Below, in pieces: positions 60,945 to 64,000 of a DNA stretch of 64,000 nt. Both the position numbers and the translations under genes were made by a program. Numbering within the stretch: the stretch's first letter is position 1; each line of letters starts with the position of its first letter. The stretch comes from Clostridia bacterium (lineage in GTDB: Bacteria; Bacillota; Clostridia; Oscillospirales; SIG627), in the NCBI GenBank assembly GCA_017439965.1, contig JAFSID010000051.1, positions 33,232-97,231 on the forward strand. Direction: 5' to 3'. The notes under the pieces were generated by a model. That model was not told where the DNA came from. It did no database searches and saw nothing but the letters and a program-made list of their open reading frames with translations.

Positions 60945-62942
60945 TTATTTTGCCTTTTTAAGAGCGCATTCCTTTTCAAGTCTCTTCTCGGCGGTCATAC
61001 AGAGGTAAACGAGAATTGCTACCATAACGGCAACTGCGATAAGACCCGGAAGGAATGCCGTGCCAAATGAACCGCTTACGATAAGAGTGCCTATCTGGTA
61101 TACGAGGAAGCCGACGGTGAAGCCCGTGCCGAGCTGGAATGCGATAGCACCCCAAAGCCACTTTGCACTCTTCATTTCGGAGTTCATAGCTCCGATTGCC
61201 GCAAAGCAGGGAGGAGTGAAGAGGTTGAACATAAGGTATGCGAGAGCCGCAACCTTGGTAATGCCGAATGCCGCCATAACCTCAGCGCCTGCGCCCTCAA
61301 CCATTTCAAGCTCCTCGGTATTGATGAAGTTTGTAATGCCGAAGCATACGGCGAGAGTGCCGACTACGTTCTCCTTGGCAATAAAGCCCGTTACAGCCGC
61401 AGCGGCAAGCTGCCAGGAAAGAATACCTACGACGGGCACGAGCACGTAAGCAAATGGACCTGCAATTGATGCGAGAATAGAGGTGTCAGCGCTTTCAGCC
61501 TCGGTAAAGCTCCAGTTGAAGCTTTCCATAATCTGTACCGCTGTGTTACAGAGAAGAATGATGGTAGCCGCCTTTACGATGTACGCCCATCCGCGAGAGC
61601 ACATTGACTTGAAGGCTCTCCAAAGGCTTGGTATCTTGTATTCGGGAAGCTCTATGATAAAGAAGGATTTTCTTGCCTTATAAGCGGTAAGCTTGTTGAT
61701 GATAAGTGCGCCGAAGAAGATAATCACGATGCCCGCAAAGTACATAAGAGGACCTACCCATGTTGCATCCGAGAAGAATGCGCCTGCAAAAAGGGAGATA
61801 ACGGGAAGCTTTGCACCGCAGGGCATAAAGGGAGCGAGCATTGCTGTTGCACGGCGCTCACGCTCGTTACGGATGGTACGGCAAGCCATAACGCCGGGGA
61901 TTGCACAGCCCGTTCCGATTACGAAGGGGATAACCGATTTACCCGAAAGTCCAACCTTCTTGAAGATGGGGTCAAGCACGACGGATGCACGAGCCATATA
62001 TCCGCAGTCCTCAAGGAGTGCGATAAGGAAATACATTACCATTACGAGAGGGAGGAAGCCGATTACGGCAATAACACCGCCTATAACGCCGTCAATAAGA
62101 AGCGCGTAAACAAGGGGGCTTGCGTTTTCCATAAGAGAGCCGAGAGCCTCCTGACCTGCCTCAAGCCAGCCGACAAAAAGGTCTGCTATCCATACACCCG
62201 GACCTGCCTGAGAAATCCAGAAAACGAGGAACATAACGACTGCAAAAATCGGGATACCGAGCCATTTGTTAGTAAGTACTGCGTCAATCTTATCCTGGAA
62301 GTTGCGATTTTTGGTAAGTACCTTTCTCGTTTCAACCTCCTTGACTATTCCGTTAACGAAGGCAAAGCGACGCTTGTCTGCCTCAATAACCGCCTCCTTG
62401 CTTGAAAGGTCAACGCCACCCTGCTCGTAGGGAGCTACCTGACCCTTTCCGCAAGCCTCAAGGGCTGCCTTTACAAGCTGAGTGAGACCGTCCGCCGAGC
62501 TTGCAACCGTATCAACGACGGGGCATCCGAGCTTTGCGGAAAGCTTAGCGGTGTCAATTTTCGTGTCCTTCTTCTTGTTGATGTCCGCCTTGTTAAGCGC
62601 AACTACAACGGGTACGCCAAGCTCAAGAAGCTGTGTTGTGAAGAAAAGGCTTCTGCTGAGGTTGGTTGCATCTACGATGTTGATGATGGCATCGGGATGC
62701 TCATTCTGAACGTAGGAGCTTGTAATACTCTCCTCAGAGGTGAAGGGAGACATTGAATAAGCTCCCGGGAGGTCAACTGCAATAACGTTTTCCCGACCGT
62801 TGCAGTACGCCTTTTTGATAGCGTGCTCTTTTCTTTCAACGGTAACGCCTGCCCAGTTTCCGACCTTTTCGTTTTTACCCGTCAGGGCGTTGAACATAGT
62901 CGTTTTACCGCTGTTAGGATTGCCTGCTAAAGCAATTCTCAT
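60945..62942 (-). CDS. feoB: ferrous iron transporter FeoB
   Basis: G-domain AGNPNSGKTTMFNALTG and DLPG, followed by a polytopic permease domain. Confidence 0.95.
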   Translation of the reverse strand: MRIALAGNPNSGKTTMFNALTGKNEKVGNWAGVTVERKEHAIKKAYCNGRENVIAVDLPGAYSMSPFTSEESITSSYVQNEHPDAIINIVDATNLSRSLFFTTQLLELGVPVVVALNKADINKKKDTKIDTAKLSAKLGCPVVDTVASSADGLTQLVKAALEACGKGQVAPYEQGGVDLSSKEAVIEADKRRFAFVNGIVKEVETRKVLTKNRNFQDKIDAVLTNKWLGIPIFAVVMFLVFWISQAGPGVWIADLFVGWLEAGQEALGSLMENASPLVYALLIDGVIGGVIAVIGFLPLVMVMYFLIALLEDCGYMARASVVLDPIFKKVGLSGKSVIPFVIGTGCAIPGVMACRTIRNERERRATAMLAPFMPCGAKLPVISLFAGAFFSDATWVGPLMYFAGIVIIFFGALIINKLTAYKARKSFFIIELPEYKIPSLWRAFKSMCSRGWAYIVKAATIILLCNTAVQIMESFNWSFTEAESADTSILASIAGPFAYVLVPVVGILSWQLAAAAVTGFIAKENVVGTLAVCFGITNFINTEELEMVEGAGAEVMAAFGITKVAALAYLMFNLFTPPCFAAIGAMNSEMKSAKWLWGAIAFQLGTGFTVGFLVYQIGTLIVSGSFGTAFLPGLIAVAVMVAILVYLCMTAEKRLEKECALKKAK

Positions 62943-63019
62943 GTGTTTAATCCTCCTGATACGATATATATGTTTGGTTTATTTAACGGCGTTTGCCGTG
63001 TAAATACTTTTTAAAAGTG

Positions 63020-63035
63020 GTTAGCCACGGCTAAC
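63020..63035. promoter_or_regulatory. GTTAGCC-N3-GCTAAC palindrome (candidate DtxR-family operator) upstream of feoB
   Basis: Same 6+6 arms as the palindrome at 63312-63327. Confidence 0.5.
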
Positions 63036-63042
63036 TGTTTCT

Positions 63043-63068
63043 CAAAAAAATAATCCGCAACGGATTAT
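63043..63068 (-). terminator. hairpin plus U-run overlapping the feoA stop (attenuator/terminator)
   Basis: ataatccg-caa-cggattat, followed on the minus strand by U7. Confidence 0.4.
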
Positions 63069-63286
63069 TTTATTATAATTGCTTCTGCAAGCTGGTTGTC
63101 AATGGTATATCTGCCGTCCTTTATGGATACGATAGAACAGCCCTTAAGGTGTGATATTACCGTAATCGGCTCTCCTGCATAGCATCCGAGAGAGAAAAGA
63201 AATGCGTCAAGCTCCTCGTCATCAGTCTCGATGGCTTGGATTATATATTCGATTCCTTCTTCTGCGGATTTAAGATTCATAAGCAC
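63065..63286 (-). CDS. feoA: FeoA
   Basis: 73-aa SH3-like protein upstream of feoB. Confidence 0.85.
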   Translation of the reverse strand: MLMNLKSAEEGIEYIIQAIETDDEELDAFLFSLGCYAGEPITVISHLKGCSIVSIKDGRYTIDNQLAEAIIIK

Positions 63287-63311
63287 AACTCCAAAAAAAT
63301 GAATAGTGAAT

Positions 63312-63364
63312 GTTAGCCTCTGCTAACTCGATACAAGTGTAACACCAAAAGCACGTTTTGTCAA
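63312..63364 (-). promoter_or_regulatory. feoA promoter (TTGACA-17-TACACT) with GTTAGCC-N3-GCTAAC operator over the start region
   Basis: -35 at 63359-64, -10 at 63336-41, palindrome at 63312-27. Confidence 0.55.
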
Positions 63365-63412
63365 TATTTTTTTAAGGATTTTTTCTTATTTATGAAATTT
63401 TGGTGATTTTAC

Positions 63413-63441
63413 TTGAAACTTATTAAATAATATGTTATACT
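63413..63441 (+). promoter_or_regulatory. promoter of the DtxR-family gene
   Basis: TTGAAA, 17-nt spacer, TATACT. Confidence 0.5.
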
Positions 63442-63473
63442 TATGTGAAAAATGATAATAGGGAGGGATTGTA

Positions 63474-63842
63474 GTGCGTCTTGAGGAATCGGGCGAAATG
63501 TATCTTGAAGCAATACACGTGCTTTCGCGCAAAAACGGATACGTGCGAAGCGTTGACGTTGCCGAGTACCGAGGCTATTCAAAGCCGAGCGTCAGCAGGG
63601 CGGTAGGGCTTTTGAAAAACGGTGGCTTTATAACTGTTGACCACGACGGCGCGATCCACCTGACCGACGAGGGAAGGGCGGTTGCCGAAAAGATTTACGA
63701 GCGCCATTCCGTTCTTTCGCAATTTCTTATAAGCCTTGGCGTTGACGAGAGGGTAGCCCTTGACGATGCCTGCAAAATGGAGCACGATATATCCGACGAA
63801 TCGTTTGAAGCAATAAAGAAATATAACGAATCAAAAAAATAA
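63474..63842 (+). CDS. DtxR/MntR-family metal-dependent repressor (two-domain, 122 aa)
   Basis: EMYLEAI..VRSVDVAEYRGYSKPSVSRAV..L..GFI, followed by the ERHSVLSQFL..E.DACKMEH dimerisation/metal-binding part. Confidence 0.85.
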   Translation: MRLEESGEMYLEAIHVLSRKNGYVRSVDVAEYRGYSKPSVSRAVGLLKNGGFITVDHDGAIHLTDEGRAVAEKIYERHSVLSQFLISLGVDERVALDDACKMEHDISDESFEAIKKYNESKK

Positions 63843-63896
63843 TTGAGACACTTTTCCAAGTGCCTCAATATTTTTTGTAACATAGGAAATTGCATT

Positions 63897-64000
63897 TTAT
63901 ACAACCTCGCCGTTAGTGTCGGCGGGCTTTTCTTCCTTCACAGCCTCCTTCGGCTTTTCGGCAACGGGCTTGGGAGCACGCTTGTTGAGGTCGTGGCGGA
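63897..64000 (-). CDS. 3' end of an unidentified gene (partial)
   Basis: The open frame ..RHDLNKRAPKPVAEKPKEAVKEEKPADTNGEVV* runs off the window. Confidence 0.3.
   Translation of the reverse strand, partial: RHDLNKRAPKPVAEKPKEAVKEEKPADTNGEVV

Overview
This 64-kb window looks like a low-to-mid GC Firmicutes (Clostridia-like) chromosome. That taxonomic guess rests only on protein motifs and Shine-Dalgarno usage.

The window divides into four blocks.

1. **Surface/pilus cluster, 35-19084 (+ strand).** One tightly packed cluster holds a TadE-like pseudopilin, an A24 prepilin peptidase and a WG-repeat protein. These are followed by an FHA protein, a PP2C phosphatase and a Hanks Ser/Thr kinase. 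The cluster ends with two small membrane proteins, a 3,284-aa Ig-repeat surface protein and a zinc-ribbon membrane protein.

2. **Housekeeping genes and a small island, 19181-23926.** Two housekeeping-type hydrolases are followed by a low-GC three-gene operon of unknown function on the minus strand.

3. **Prophage, 24150-58607 (34.5 kb).** It is integrated into the 3' end of tRNA-Val(GAC) and bounded by a perfect 45-bp direct repeat.
   - It carries an integrase, a cI/Cro-type switch and an early region with PcfK-like, PcfJ-like and DUF3102-like genes. The PcfJ-like and DUF3102-like genes each carry a single lesion.
   - It also carries an HUH rolling-circle Rep, an opposite-strand moron, and TerS, TerL, portal, scaffold and capsid genes.
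   - The tail module is very short, with no tape measure, tube or sheath.
   - After the holin and amidase, the late operon ends with a 547-aa protein and a 2,477-aa polyvalent-type protein.

4. **Right flank, 58563-64000.** It holds tRNA-Val and tRNA-Pro, an MBL hydrolase, a TIM-barrel isomerase, feoA, feoB, a Cys-rich peptide gene, a DtxR-family repressor with two matching operator palindromes, and a partial ORF.

No CRISPR array, rRNA or IS element was seen.

The best candidates for undescribed biology are:
- the polyvalent giant protein and its partner, translationally chained behind the lysis genes;
- the four-gene moron, which encodes two mini membrane peptides and two paralogous HTH proteins behind a perfect consensus promoter;
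- the Tad / FHA-PP2C-kinase / giant-adhesin cluster, with repeated TxxL motifs;
- the low-GC three-gene operon next to a tRNA-derived remnant.

All family names come from motif recognition by eye. No database search was possible.
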